A stretch of 63,979 nucleotides of DNA, the filler included, from Lama guanicoe (Eukaryota), in NCBI GenBank assembly GCA_013239625.1. It is 101 parts of 101 records of this genome, joined end to end, with 100 filler letters (N's around TTAATTAATTAA, not from the genome) between each part and the next. Parts side by side here need not be neighbours in the genome. Positions count along the whole stretch, not along the records: positions 1 to 749 come from PNXV01026796.1; positions 850 to 1,668 come from PNXV01026798.1; positions 1,769 to 2,525 come from MU057339.1; positions 2,626 to 2,951 come from PNXV01026801.1; positions 3,052 to 3,432 come from PNXV01026802.1; positions 3,533 to 4,444 come from PNXV01026803.1; positions 4,545 to 4,846 come from PNXV01026804.1; positions 4,947 to 5,653 come from PNXV01026805.1; 93 more parts are not named here. One strand, 5' to 3'. Shown piece after piece: positions 1 to 12,220 of the stretch. The stretch's first letter is position 1. The number at the start of each line of letters is the position of its first letter. Both the position numbers and the translations under genes were made by a program. The notes below the pieces were generated by a model. That model searched no databases. It worked only from the letters and a program-made list of their open reading frames with translations, and was not told the origin of the DNA.

Positions 1-749
1 TTCCCTGGCACAGAGACATGAGGAAAATCCTCAGGGGAGACGAGCACAACCATTCCCTTAGAACCCACTTGCTGCCGACCGCTGGTTTAACCTCCCCACG
101 CTCAGGATTCCGGAACCATTGTCAGTGCGTGGGGGAGCTCGAGAGACAACTCCACGCAGCTCTCTTCAGTCACAGGTGTTCCCTGCTCGGGGAAGTCCGA
201 GAAATACTTTCCCTGACCTTGGGGAGGCAGCCTCTGTCACTGGGTTTTCCTGCAACCCCCCCTAGCATTCCCTGGCACAGAGACATGAGGAAAACACTCA
301 GGGGAGAAGAGCACAGGCATTCAGTTAGAACCCACGAGCTGCCGACCGTTGGTGGAACCTCCCCACGCTCAGTATTCTGGATCCATTGTCATTGAGTGAG
401 GGAGTTCGACAGACAACTCGACGCAGCTCTCTTCAGTCACAAGTGTTCCCTGCTCGGGGAAGTTCGAGAAATAACTTCCCTGACCTTGAGGAGGCAGCTT
501 CTGACACTGGGATTTCCTGCAACCCCTCCTAGCATTCCCGGGCACAAAGACATGAGGAAAACACTCAGAGGAGAAGAGCACAGGCATTCCCTTAGAACCC
601 ACGCTCTGCCGACCGTTGGTGGAACCTCACCACGCTAAGGATTCCGGAACCATAGTCATTGAGTGGTGGAGCTCTAGAGAAAACTCCACGAAGCTCTCTT
701 CAGTCACAGGTGTCCCTGCTCGGGGAAGTGCGAGAAATAGCTTCCCTGA
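1..749 (+). repeat. 267-bp satellite array fragment (this orientation defined as +)
   Basis: TTCCCTGGCACAGAGAC at 1 recurs at 268; about 2.8 monomers. Confidence 0.95.
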
Positions 750-849
750 NNNNNNNNNNNNNNNNNNNNNNNNNNNNNNNNNNNNNNNNNNNNTTAATTA
801 ATTAANNNNNNNNNNNNNNNNNNNNNNNNNNNNNNNNNNNNNNNNNNNN
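750..849. other. Artificial contig-joining spacer (44 N + TTAATTAATTAA + 44 N); first of about 100 copies in the window
   Basis: Identical 100-bp spacer between all contigs; the palindromic 12-mer gives TAA in all six frames. Confidence 0.98.
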
Positions 850-1668
850 CTCCCCTGGGTCTTTTCCTAATGTCTCTGTGCCAGGGAACGCTAGGGGGCT
901 TTTCAGGCACTCCCAGTGACAGAGGATGCCTCCCCAAGTCCAGGGAAACAATTTCTCAGAATTCCCACTAAGAGGGAACACCTGTGACTGAAGAGAGCTG
1001 CGTGGAGTTGTCTCTCGAGCTCCCCACACACTGACAATTGTTCCGGAATCCTGAGCGTGGGGAGGTTCCACCAACGGTCGGCAGCGCGTGGGTTCTAACG
1101 GAATGCCTAAGCTCGACTCCCCTGGGTCTTTTCCTAATGTCTCTGTGCCAGGGAATGCTAGGGGGGTTTGCAGGAAATCCCATGACAGAGGTTGCCTCCC
1201 CAAAGTCCGGGAAGGTATTTCTCAGAATTCCCCCAAATAGGGAACACCTGTGAATGAAGAGAGCTGGGTGGAGTTGTCTCTCGAGCTCCCCACACACTGA
1301 CAATTGTACCGGAATCGTGCGCGTGGGGAGGGTCCACCATCGGTCGGCAGCGCGTGGGTTCTAACGAAATGCCTATGCTCGTCTCCCCTGGGTTTTTTCC
1401 TAATGTCTCTGTGCCAGGGAATGCTAGGGGGGTTTGCAGGAAATCCCAGTTACAGAGGCTGCCTCCCCAAGGTCAGGGAAGGTATTTCTCAGAATTCCCC
1501 CTAACAGGGAACACCTGTGACTGAAGAGAGCTGCGTGGAGTTGTGTCTCGAGCTCCCCACGCACTGAGAATGGTTCCGGAATCCTGAGCGTGCGGAGGTT
1601 CCGCTAATGGTAAGCAGTACGTGAGTTCTAACGGAATGCCTAAGCTCGACTCCCCTGGGTTTTTTCCT
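850..1668 (-). repeat. 267-bp satellite array fragment
   Basis: Reverse complement of the monomer at 1-267; about 3 copies. Confidence 0.95.
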
Positions 1669-1768
1669 NNNNNNNNNNNNNNNNNNNNNNNNNNNNNNNN
1701 NNNNNNNNNNNNTTAATTAATTAANNNNNNNNNNNNNNNNNNNNNNNNNNNNNNNNNNNNNNNNNNNN

Positions 1769-2525
1769 AACCCACAACCATGGAATAAATGTGAGGCCTG
1801 AAAGATGCTTTGACTGTATCCCTACTTCCAGCACACACACGAGATGTGTTCTGGTATTCTGAGTGTGGGGAAGTTCCTCAAACTGACAGCAGCACCTGGA
1901 TTCTATTAGTATCNNNNNNNNNNNNNNNNNNNNNNNNNNNNNNNNNNNNNNNNNNNNNNNNNNNNNNNNNNNNNNNNNNNNNNNNNNNNNNNNNNNNNNN
2001 NNNNNNNNNNNNNNNNNNNNNNNNNNNNNNNNNNNNNNNNNNNNNNNNNNNNNNNNNNNNNNNNNNNNNNNNNNNNNNNNNNNNNNNNNNNNNNNNNNNN
2101 NNNNNNNNNNNNNNNNNNNNNNNNNNNNNNNNNNNNNNNNNNNNNNNNNNNNNNNNNNNNNNNNNNNNNNNNNNNNNNNNNNNNNNNNNNNNNNNNNNNN
2201 NNNNNNNNNNNNNNNNNNNNNNNNNNNNNNNNNNNNNNNNNNNNNNNNNNNNNNNNNNNNNNNNNNNNNNNNNNNNNNNNNNNNNNNNNNNNNNNNNNNN
2301 NNNNNNNNNNNNNNNNNNNNNNNNNNNNCCATAAAGATCCGTGGAGTCTGTTTCCACACCTCCAGCACACACACGAACACTTGCACAGTTATCCTGAGAG
2401 TGGGCAGCCTCCTCCAACTGAGAGCAGGGCCTTGGTTCCTATAAAATCACTTAACATGTCTACACTTTGTGGTTGCCTGATATGGAGTGCTGGGGAAAGG
2501 GTGGATTGGGCTCTAAATCCAAGTA
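1769..2525 (-). repeat. Highly diverged relic of the 267-bp satellite (internal N gap 1914-2328)
   Basis: Reverse complement matches 38336-38713 and keeps the AGAA..GCTGC..GTT(G/T)GAGGA..CTCAG skeleton of the 267-bp monomer. Confidence 0.7.
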
Positions 2526-3051
2526 NNNNNNNNNNNNNNNNNNNNNNNNNNNNNNNNNNNNNNNNNNNNTTAATTAATTAANNNNNNNNNNNNNNNNNNN
2601 NNNNNNNNNNNNNNNNNNNNNNNNNAGCATTTGGGCTCAATGGAGGATTTCACTAGAGGCCCCACTCCCAGGCCAGGGCCCAGGTCCCAGAAATGTCTCT
2701 GGTGCTGAGTGAGGAAGTGCTGCCCCCTGCCCCCAGTACAGAGAGGCACACCTCAGTCTGGGCCTGCGCTTCCCCTCTGGGTCTGGGTGACACAGTCATC
2801 CTGTCTATTGCTGCAGGCATCACAGGATGGGCTGGGCAGTGCTCATAGCAGATGCTGTGGGGACAGCAGTCACCATGCTGCTGTGAGAGGCCATTATTCC
2901 AACACTGGACACAGAGAAGTTGATCTTTTTCTTCTGAGGCACATTTGGGTCNNNNNNNNNNNNNNNNNNNNNNNNNNNNNNNNNNNNNNNNNNNNTTAAT
3001 TAATTAANNNNNNNNNNNNNNNNNNNNNNNNNNNNNNNNNNNNNNNNNNNN

Positions 3052-3432
3052 AGGCTGGCGCCTCACCGGAGCCCTCTCTGCCTTCCCTCGTTCTCCGACC
3101 ACTTCCCCGACACATGTCAGGAAGCGCTCCCGCTCCGCGCGGCGGGAACCGGGCCCTTGTTCCTTTCAGCAATGCCAGCAGCACGCTGGGTGCCGCCGCC
3201 GCCGCCCGCTGTCGCCGCCGCCGCCGCGGCAGGCTGGCGCCTTACCAGAGACTCTGCCTTCCCTCTTTCTCCGACCACTTCCCCGACACGTCAGGAAGCG
3301 CTCCTGCTCCGCGCGGCGGGAACCGGGCCCTTGCTCCTTCACAGCGATGCCAGCAGCACGCTGGGTGCCGCCGCTGCCGCCGCCCGCCGCCGCCGCCGCC
3401 CGCCCCACTTCCCCGACACGTCAGGAAGCGCT
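3052..3432. repeat. GC/CpG-rich ~179-bp tandem repeat with (GCC)n tracts
   Basis: AGGCTGGCGCCT at 3052 and 3231; CCACTTCCCCGACAC occurs three times. Confidence 0.8.
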
Positions 3433-3532
3433 NNNNNNNNNNNNNNNNNNNNNNNNNNNNNNNNNNNNNNNNNNNNTTAATTAATTAANNNNNNNNNNNN
3501 NNNNNNNNNNNNNNNNNNNNNNNNNNNNNNNN

Positions 3533-4444
3533 TAAGGGAATGCCTGTGCTCGTCTCCCTTGAGGGTTTTCCTCATGTCTCTCTGGCAGGGAATGCTAGGG
3601 GATGTTGCAGGAATTCCCAGTGACAGAGGCTGCCTCCCCAAGGTCAGGCAAGGTATTTCTCGGACTTCCCCGAGCAGGGAACACCTGTGACTGAAGAGAG
3701 CTGCGTGGTGTTGTCTCTCGAGATCCCCCACTCAATGACTATGGTTCCGGAATCCTGAGCGTGGGGAGGTTCCACCAACGGTCGGCAGCGCGTTGGTTCT
3801 AACGGAATGCCTGTGCTCGTCTCCCCTGAGGGTTTTCCTCATGTCTCTGTGCCAGGGAATGCTAGGGGGGGTTGCAGGAATTCCTAGTGACAGAGTCTGC
3901 CTCCACAAATTCAGGGAAGTTATTTCTCGACCTTCCCCGAGCAGGGAACACCTGTGACTGAAGAGAGCTGCGTGGTGTTGTCTCTCGAGATCCCCCACTC
4001 AATGACTATGGTTCCGGAATCCTGAGCGTGGGGAGGTTCCACCAACGGTCGGCAGCGCGTGGGTTCTAAGGGAATGCCTGTGTTCGTCTTCCCTGAGGGT
4101 TTTCCTCGTGTCTCTGTACCAGGGAATGCTAGGGGTGGTTGCAGGAAATCCCAGTGACAGAGGCTGCCTCCCCAAGGTCAGGGAAGATATTTATCGCACT
4201 TCCCCGAGCAGGGAACACCTGTGACTGAAGAGAGCTGCGTGGTGTTGTCTCTCGAGATCCCCCACTCAATGACTATGGTTCCGGAATCCTGAGCGTGGGG
4301 AAGTTCCACCAACGGTCGGCAGCGCGTGGGTTCTAAAGGAATGACTGTGAACGTCTCCCCTGAGGGTTTTCCTCAAGTCTCTGTGCCAGGGAATACTAGG
4401 GGGGGTTGCAGGAAGTCCCAGTGACAGGGGCTGCCTCCACAAAG
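3533..4444 (-). repeat. 267-bp satellite array fragment
   Basis: About 3.4 tandem monomers, reverse orientation. Confidence 0.95.
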
Positions 4445-4544
4445 NNNNNNNNNNNNNNNNNNNNNNNNNNNNNNNNNNNNNNNNNNNNTTAATTAATTAA
4501 NNNNNNNNNNNNNNNNNNNNNNNNNNNNNNNNNNNNNNNNNNNN

Positions 4545-4846
4545 GGAGACGACCTTAGGCATTCCGTTAGAACCCACGCGCTGCCGACCATTGTGGAAAA
4601 TCCCCAAGCTCAGGATTCCGGAACCATTGTCAGTGCGTGGTGGAGCTCGAGAGACAACTCCACGCAGCTCTCTTCATTCACAGGAGTTCCCTGTTCGTGG
4701 AAGTCTGGGATATACCTTCCCTGAAATTTGGGAGGCAGCCTCGGTTACTGGGATATCCTGCAATAACCCTTAGCATTCCCCGGCACAGAAATATTAAGAA
4801 AAGCCTCAGGGGAGACGAGCATAGGCATTCCGTTAGAACCCACGCG
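4545..4846 (+). repeat. 267-bp satellite array fragment
   Basis: Monomer motifs GGCATTCCGTTAGAACCCACGCG and CTCAGGATTCCGGAACC. Confidence 0.95.
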
Positions 4847-4946
4847 NNNNNNNNNNNNNNNNNNNNNNNNNNNNNNNNNNNNNNNNNNNNTTAATTAATT
4901 AANNNNNNNNNNNNNNNNNNNNNNNNNNNNNNNNNNNNNNNNNNNN

Positions 4947-5653
4947 TAGAACATGGATTGCAGAACAGAAAATTTGGAATATAGAGTACAGAATACTGGA
5001 TATAGAATTTAGAACATAGAATTCAGACACAGAATTTAGAACATAGAATAAACAATACTGAATATAGAATTTCGAATATAGAATGTAGAACACTTAATAA
5101 AGAATATAAAATACAGAATAGTGAATATAGAATATAGAATGTAGAATACAGAATATACATTATGGAAAACAGAATACAGAACCCAGAATTTAGAACATGG
5201 ATTGCAGAACAGAATATTTGGAATATAGAGTACAGAATACTGGATATAGAATTTAGAACATAGAATAAACAATACTGAATATAGAATTTCGAATATAGAA
5301 TGTAGAACACTTAATAAAGAATATAAAATACAGAATAGTGAATATAGAATATAGAATGTAGAATACAGAATATACATTATGGAAAACAGAATACAGAACC
5401 CAGAATTTAGAACATGGATTGCAGAACAGAATATTTGGAATATAGAGTACAGAATACTGGATATAGAATTTAGAACATAGAATAAACAATACTGAATATA
5501 GAATTTCGAATATAGAATGTAGAACACTTAATAAAGAATATAAAATACAGAATAGTGAATATAGAATATAGAATGTAGAATATAGAACACAGAATATAGA
5601 ATAAAGATAAGAAAATATAAAACCCAGAATTTAGAACATGGGTGCAGAACACA
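4947..5653 (+). repeat. AT-rich heptamer (AGAATAT-type) satellite with a 217-bp higher-order unit
   Basis: 7-bp periodicity; near-identical blocks recur every 217 bp. Confidence 0.93.
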
Positions 5654-5753
5654 NNNNNNNNNNNNNNNNNNNNNNNNNNNNNNNNNNNNNNNNNNNNTTA
5701 ATTAATTAANNNNNNNNNNNNNNNNNNNNNNNNNNNNNNNNNNNNNNNNNNNN

Positions 5754-6514
5754 AGTGTTATGTATTCTATAATCTAAATTATCTGTTCTGCATTCCATGT
5801 TCCAAATTCTCTATTCTTTATTCTATATTCTGTGTTTTTCTTTCTATATTCTAAATTCTATATTCAGTATTCTATATTCTATATTCTAAATTCTGAGTTC
5901 TACATTCTATATTCTAAATTGTATATACAAGTATTCTGTATTCTATATTCTAAATTCTGAGATCTGCTTTCCATGTTCCAATATCTGGCTTCAATATACT
6001 CTAAGCTATCGTTTTTATTCTGTTTTCTACATTCTATATTCTAAATTATATATTCAGTATTATGTATTTTATATTCTATATTCTGTGCTCTACATTCAAT
6101 TTTTTAATTGTTTATTATGTATTCTGTATACTATATTCTAAATACTATGTTCTGCATTCCATGTTCTAAATTCTCTTTCCTATATTCTATATTCTGTGTT
6201 CCTCTTTCATATTCTAAATTCTGTATTCAGTATTTTGTATTCTATATTGTAAATTCTATTCTCTGCATTCGATTTCTAAATTCTGGGTTCTATATTTTCT
6301 TTTATATATTCTATATTCTGTATTCTTCATTCTAGATTCTACATTCTAATTTCTGCATTCAGCATTCTATATTCTAATTTCTGTGTTCTGCATTCTATGT
6401 TCTAAATTCTATGTCCAGTATACTGTATTATATATTCTAAATTTTGTGTTAAGCATTCCATGTTTTAAATTCTGGGTTCTACATTCTCTATTCTATATAC
6501 TACATTGTGTGTTT
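5754..6514 (-). repeat. AT-rich heptamer satellite
   Basis: (ATATTCT)n degenerate array. Confidence 0.93.
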
Positions 6515-6614
6515 NNNNNNNNNNNNNNNNNNNNNNNNNNNNNNNNNNNNNNNNNNNNTTAATTAATTAANNNNNNNNNNNNNNNNNNNNNNNNNNNNNN
6601 NNNNNNNNNNNNNN

Positions 6615-7192
6615 TCAGTATTCAGTATTGTATATTCTATACTCTGTGTTCTACATTCTATATACTTAACTCTATATTCAGTATTATGTATTCTATATTC
6701 TAAATTCTGTGTTGTGCATCCCATGTTTTAAATTCTGTGTTCTATATTCTGTATGCTATATTCTTTATATTGTGTTGTTCATTCTATATTCTAAATTCTA
6801 TACTCTGCATTCCGTACTCTATATTCTATTTTATGTGTCCTACATTCTATGCTGTAAATTCTATATTCAGTATTCTGTATTCTGTATTCTAAATTTTGTG
6901 CTCTGCATTCCATGTTCTTAATTCTGTGTTCTATATTCTGTATGCTATATTCTTTATATTGTGTTGTTCATTCTATATTCTAAATTCTGTGTTCTGCATT
7001 CCATTTTCAAATTTATAGGGTCTATATTCTCTATTTTATATTCAATATTCTGTGTTCTACATTCTATGTTCGAATTTCTATATTCAGTAATCACTGTGTT
7101 CTGCATTCCATTTTCAAATTTATAGGGTCTATATTCTCTATTTTATATTCAATATTCTGTGTTCTACATTCTCTATTCTAAGTTCTATATTC
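6615..7192 (-). repeat. AT-rich heptamer satellite
   Basis: (ATATTCT)n; internal duplication at 189-bp offset (6735/6924). Confidence 0.93.
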
Positions 7193-7292
7193 NNNNNNNN
7201 NNNNNNNNNNNNNNNNNNNNNNNNNNNNNNNNNNNNTTAATTAATTAANNNNNNNNNNNNNNNNNNNNNNNNNNNNNNNNNNNNNNNNNNNN

Positions 7293-7631
7293 TAGAATGT
7301 AGAACACAGAATATAGAATATAGTTTACAGGATACTTAATAAAGGATTTAGAAATTGGAATGCATAACACAGAATTTACAATATAGAATACAGAATACTG
7401 AATATAAAATATAGAATATAGAATGTAGAAAACACAATATACAATATATAATACGGAATGCAGAATATAGAACACAGAATATAGAATTTAGAACACAGAA
7501 TAAAGAATATGTAATACAGAATACAGAATACAGAATTTAGAACATGGAATTTAGCACACAGAATTAAGAATATAGAATACACTATACTGAATATAGAATT
7601 TAGAACATGGAATGCAGAACACAGAATTTAG
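7293..7631 (+). repeat. AT-rich heptamer satellite
   Basis: (AGAATAT)n degenerate array. Confidence 0.93.
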
Positions 7632-7731
7632 NNNNNNNNNNNNNNNNNNNNNNNNNNNNNNNNNNNNNNNNNNNNTTAATTAATTAANNNNNNNNNNNNN
7701 NNNNNNNNNNNNNNNNNNNNNNNNNNNNNNN

Positions 7732-8184
7732 TGCAGGATATCCCAGTGACCGAGGCTGCCTCCCCAAGGTCAGGGAAGTTGTTTCCCATACTTCCACGAA
7801 CAGGGAACACCTGTGACTGAAGAGAGCTGCGTGGAGTTGTCTCTCGAGCTCCCCCACGCACTGACAGTCGTTCCTGAATCCTGAGCGTGGGGTTGTTCCA
7901 CCAACGATCGGCAGCGCGTGGGTTCTAACGGAATGCCTAAGCTCGTCTCCCCTGAGGATTTTCCTAATATCTTTGTGCCAGGGAATGCTAGGGGTGATTG
8001 CAGGATATCCCAGTGACCGAGGCTGCCTCCCCAAGTTCAGGAAATTAACTCTCAGACTTCCCCGAACAGGGAACTCCTGTGAATGAAGAGAGCTGCGTGG
8101 AGTAGTTTCTCGAGCTCCCCCACGCACTGACAGTCGTTCCTGAATCCTGAGCGTGGGGTTGTTCCACCAACGATCGGCAGCGCG
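7732..8184 (-). repeat. 267-bp satellite array fragment
   Basis: About 1.7 monomers, reverse orientation. Confidence 0.95.
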
Positions 8185-8284
8185 NNNNNNNNNNNNNNNN
8201 NNNNNNNNNNNNNNNNNNNNNNNNNNNNTTAATTAATTAANNNNNNNNNNNNNNNNNNNNNNNNNNNNNNNNNNNNNNNNNNNN

Positions 8285-9077
8285 TAGAATATAGACTATG
8301 GAATGCAGAATATAGAATAAAGAATATAGAATGATGAACACAAAATGTAGAATATAGAATAGAAAATATAGAACCCAGAATTAAGAACATGGAATGTAGA
8401 ACACAGAATTTAGAAAATAGAATACAGAATTCTGAATATCGAATTTAGAATATAGAATGTAGAACACACAAAATGGAATGTAGAATACGGAACACAGCAT
8501 ATTGAATACAGAATATAGAAAGTAGAATTCAGAATATAGAATATAGAATTCGGAATGCAGAATATAGAATATAGAATATAGAATGATGAACACAGAATAT
8601 AGAATTCAGAGTAGAGAATATAGAACTCAGAATTTAGAACATGGAAAGCAGAATTCATTATTTAGAATATAGAATAAAGAATACTGAATATAGATTATAA
8701 AACATGGAATGCAGAACACAGAGTTTAGAATATATAATACAGAATACTGAATATAGATTATAAAACATGGAATGCAGAACACAGAGTTTAGAATATATAA
8801 TACAGAATACTGAATATAGATTATAAAACATGGAATGCAGAACACAGAGTTTAGAATATATAATACAGAATACTGAATATAAAATTTTGAATATAGAATT
8901 AGAACACAGAATATGGAATGTAGAGTACGGATTACAGAATATAGAATGAAGAACACAGAATATAGAATATGGAATACAGAATATATAAACCAAAATTTAG
9001 AACATGGAATGCTGAACACAGAATTTATCATATAGAATACCGAATACTGAATATAGAATATGAAAATACAATGTAGA
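8285..9077 (+). repeat. AT-rich heptamer satellite with a 63-bp local unit
   Basis: 63-bp perfect repeats from about 8681 to 8880. Confidence 0.93.
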
Positions 9078-9779
9078 NNNNNNNNNNNNNNNNNNNNNNN
9101 NNNNNNNNNNNNNNNNNNNNNTTAATTAATTAANNNNNNNNNNNNNNNNNNNNNNNNNNNNNNNNNNNNNNNNNNNNAATGGAGGGACAAAAAAGAAGCC
9201 TCCTGTCTTACTTGGGTAGCACACAGAAGTGGCTAATTTAAAGTCCTCTGAAGGACAAGAAAGGACACTGAGGTCACTGATCTGAACTAGGAAAAGGTTT
9301 AAATAAAGGATTCCCGATTTCTCCCCTAGTCTGAAATATAATACTTTAAAATCAGCTAGAGGTCAGGTAAGGAGAAGCTGTTTGCAGGCTGAAAACACTA
9401 ATAGCAATAAAAATGGCAATAAAAATAGTCACAGCTGCAGTGAATCACGCTGGGAAGCATGTGCCCGGCACTAACCTGAATAGTCTGCGTATGGTCTTTC
9501 TCAGGCACAACCACCCTTGAAGGATGTACTACGACCCTCCTTAACGTGTCAGGAAACATACTGGGTGGTACTAAGTCATGTCCTCCAGGTAACACCCCTG
9601 GCCAGCAGGAGAGNNNNNNNNNNNNNNNNNNNNNNNNNNNNNNNNNNNNNNNNNNNNTTAATTAATTAANNNNNNNNNNNNNNNNNNNNNNNNNNNNNNN
9701 NNNNNNNNNNNNNTGTGCAGAGCCAAGAGTCTAAATTTTTCACTTAACCAAGCCCTAGAAGTGTACTTTAGATACCTGA

Positions 9780-10357
9780 AATTACCTGAACAGTAGAGAT
9801 GAAGAAATACAGTAAAAGGAAAAGGAAGTACCATTTTCAGTTCCCAAGAGATTGAAGGCCCTAAAGATAAGCTTTCAGACAACTAGACTGCAAAACGCTC
9901 TCCAGAGCAAGTATTGAAAATGGAGGTGAGGGAAACACTGAAGAACAACAATGTCTCAGAATCACAAAAGGCAGAATACCAGAAAAGAGGAAGAGAAAGC
10001 CTACAGATGAGCCAAATAATATCAGAAAACTTAGTTAATGGGAAAATATCAGGGCTAACATTGCGTCCTAAGCAGACTAGATATTCCAGAGGGACGCGTG
10101 TATGACTTTGAAGACAGGGGAACACAAATCCCTCGGTCAGAAGCACACATAGGAAAGCAAGTGCAAACCAATGAAAACATTGCTGTTGAATCCTGGTTGA
10201 AGACAAGGCATGAAAGACTAAAATTCGAAAGAGTCCCAGATGGAAAAGCAAGAGATAAAGAAACAAACAATGTTTGGAAAGATATGTGTAGAAAAATCAG
10301 ACTGAAAATTGCTGAAAGCCTAGATAGAATCATCTAGGCGAATTCAGGAAGTACACA
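9780..10357 (+). mobile_element. Ancient L1/HAL1 ORF1 fragment (degraded)
   Basis: Translates to SRLDIPEGRVYDFEDR and VPDGKARDKE...IQEV, resembling L1 ORF1p SRLDxAEERISELEDR and GVPEGEEREK...IQEAQ; contains stops and frameshifts; left boundary approximate. Confidence 0.55.
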
Positions 10358-10457
10358 NNNNNNNNNNNNNNNNNNNNNNNNNNNNNNNNNNNNNNNNNNN
10401 NTTAATTAATTAANNNNNNNNNNNNNNNNNNNNNNNNNNNNNNNNNNNNNNNNNNNN

Positions 10458-10872
10458 AGACTCTTTCCTGTGGGGACTGCGCGCATGCGCACCAGCGGGG
10501 CGGGACGAGCAGCCGCTGCGTGGGGGCGGGACCCGTGACCGCCGCGTGGGGGCCGGCCCCGCCCAGGGGCGCTGGTCCAGCTCAGCCAATCGCGATCGCC
10601 GGGTACCTCTTGGCGCGGGAGGTTTGAATGGTTCGTGGACCGCCTGAGGCAGCGGCAGGTTGGCCACGCTGCTGCCGTTTTGGTAGCTTTCCGAGATCGG
10701 GATGGGAACTCGCCCCTCATCCTTTCGCCGGAGCCCCTGGGAAAGTAAAACAATAGTGACTTCAGGTAACGGTTACCTCGCGCCCCTGGGGGGGGGGAGT
10801 CTCAGTGGCCCCGCCCCCCACCACCCCCCGCCACCTGACAGCACCGCGCCCGCCTCCCAGGAGAAGGCTGCC
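10458..10872 (+). promoter_or_regulatory. CpG-island promoter and probable first exon of a cell-cycle (DREAM/MuvB-type) gene
   Basis: NRF1 GCGCATGCGC 10481-10490; GC boxes at 10497, 10523 and 10557; CCAAT 10586-10590; E2F/CDE-like TTGGCGCGG 10610-10618, 4-nt spacer, CHR TTTGAA 10623-10628; candidate donor CAG/GTAAC at 10765/10766. Confidence 0.75.
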
Positions 10873-11667
10873 NNNNNNNNNNNNNNNNNNNNNNNNNNNN
10901 NNNNNNNNNNNNNNNNTTAATTAATTAANNNNNNNNNNNNNNNNNNNNNNNNNNNNNNNNNNNNNNNNNNNNAGCAAACATGACATTTTCATTAACGTTT
11001 TCTGGCCAGTGACAGTGACACTCACAGTTGCTGTGTAACCAATACATCATACCAGGTTTGCGTTATTTGTCATTTACTCCTTACAACAAATCTGCGAGGG
11101 AAGCATTTTACAAGTACTGTTTATTAGGAATCAGTCTGATTCAGTTTATGACATTTCAAAATTATAAGCCTATGGTCCTGAGATTTTATCCTGTGTCCAT
11201 ATCACTCTAACATTCATGCTTTCTACCATTAATCTCACTGCTCTTTGTTCCCTTTTTATAAAAAACAAAATATTTTTCTCTACTTAATATAAATAAAATA
11301 CGGTCCTTAGTGATGAATAATATGTTGTTAATTTTGTGCTTTCCTCCACATTGATGATATGAAAATTTTGCTATTAACCATGCTATTATTATTATTACTA
11401 TTATTATTACATTCAATAGATTATGTAGAGCCTAATAAAGATTAATAAGTAGAACTAATTTGTTACTGATGCACCGTTATCCCAACTGTCAAGGCTGCAA
11501 ATCTGACTTCTCTTGCAAAAGCAAATGCTTTCAGAATATGGAATGACAAGTATCAAAAGATTATTGTNNNNNNNNNNNNNNNNNNNNNNNNNNNNNNNNN
11601 NNNNNNNNNNNTTAATTAATTAANNNNNNNNNNNNNNNNNNNNNNNNNNNNNNNNNNNNNNNNNNNN

Positions 11668-12120
11668 GCTGCGTGGAGTTGTCTCTCGAGCTCCCCGACG
11701 CGCTGACAATGGTTCCAGATTCCTGAGCGTGGGGAGGTTCCACCAACGGTCAGCAGCGCGTGGGTTCTAACGGAATGCCTAAACTCGACTCCCCTGAGAA
11801 TTTTCCTAATGTCTCTCTGCCAGGGAATGCTAGGGGGATTTGCAGGAATTCCCTGTGTCAGAGGCTGCCTCCCCAAGGTCAGGGAAGGTATTTCTCGGAC
11901 TTCCCCAAGCAGGGAACACCTGTGACTGAAGAGAGCTGCGTGGAGTTGTCTCTCGAGCTCCCCGACGCGCTGACAATGGTTCCAGATTCCTGAGCGTGGG
12001 GAGGTTCCACCAACGGTCAGCAGCGCGTGGGTTCTAACGGAATGCCTAAACTCGACTCCCCTGAGAATTTTCCTAATGTCTCTGTGCCAGGAAAAGCTTT
12101 GGGGTTTTGCAGGAATTCCC
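11668..12120 (-). repeat. 267-bp satellite array fragment
   Basis: Two near-identical adjacent monomers. Confidence 0.95.
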
Positions 12121-12220
12121 NNNNNNNNNNNNNNNNNNNNNNNNNNNNNNNNNNNNNNNNNNNNTTAATTAATTAANNNNNNNNNNNNNNNNNNNNNNNN
12201 NNNNNNNNNNNNNNNNNNNN

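Noticed and set aside
18..638. Recurrent ORFs such as GELERQLHAALFSHRCSL.. and MPAVFTVKPSWSLYLPIYMYG..
   Set aside because: Translations of satellite monomers (267 and 249 are multiples of 3, which keeps the frame). Stops and frameshifts differ freely between copies.
4899..9031. Hydrophobic Tyr/Ile/Leu/Phe/Ser-rich ORFs resembling membrane proteins
   Set aside because: Produced by the pyrimidine-rich strand of the heptamer satellite.
9914..10337. Two overlapping ORFs suggesting a frameshifted novel gene
   Set aside because: Better explained as a degraded L1/HAL1 ORF1 fragment.
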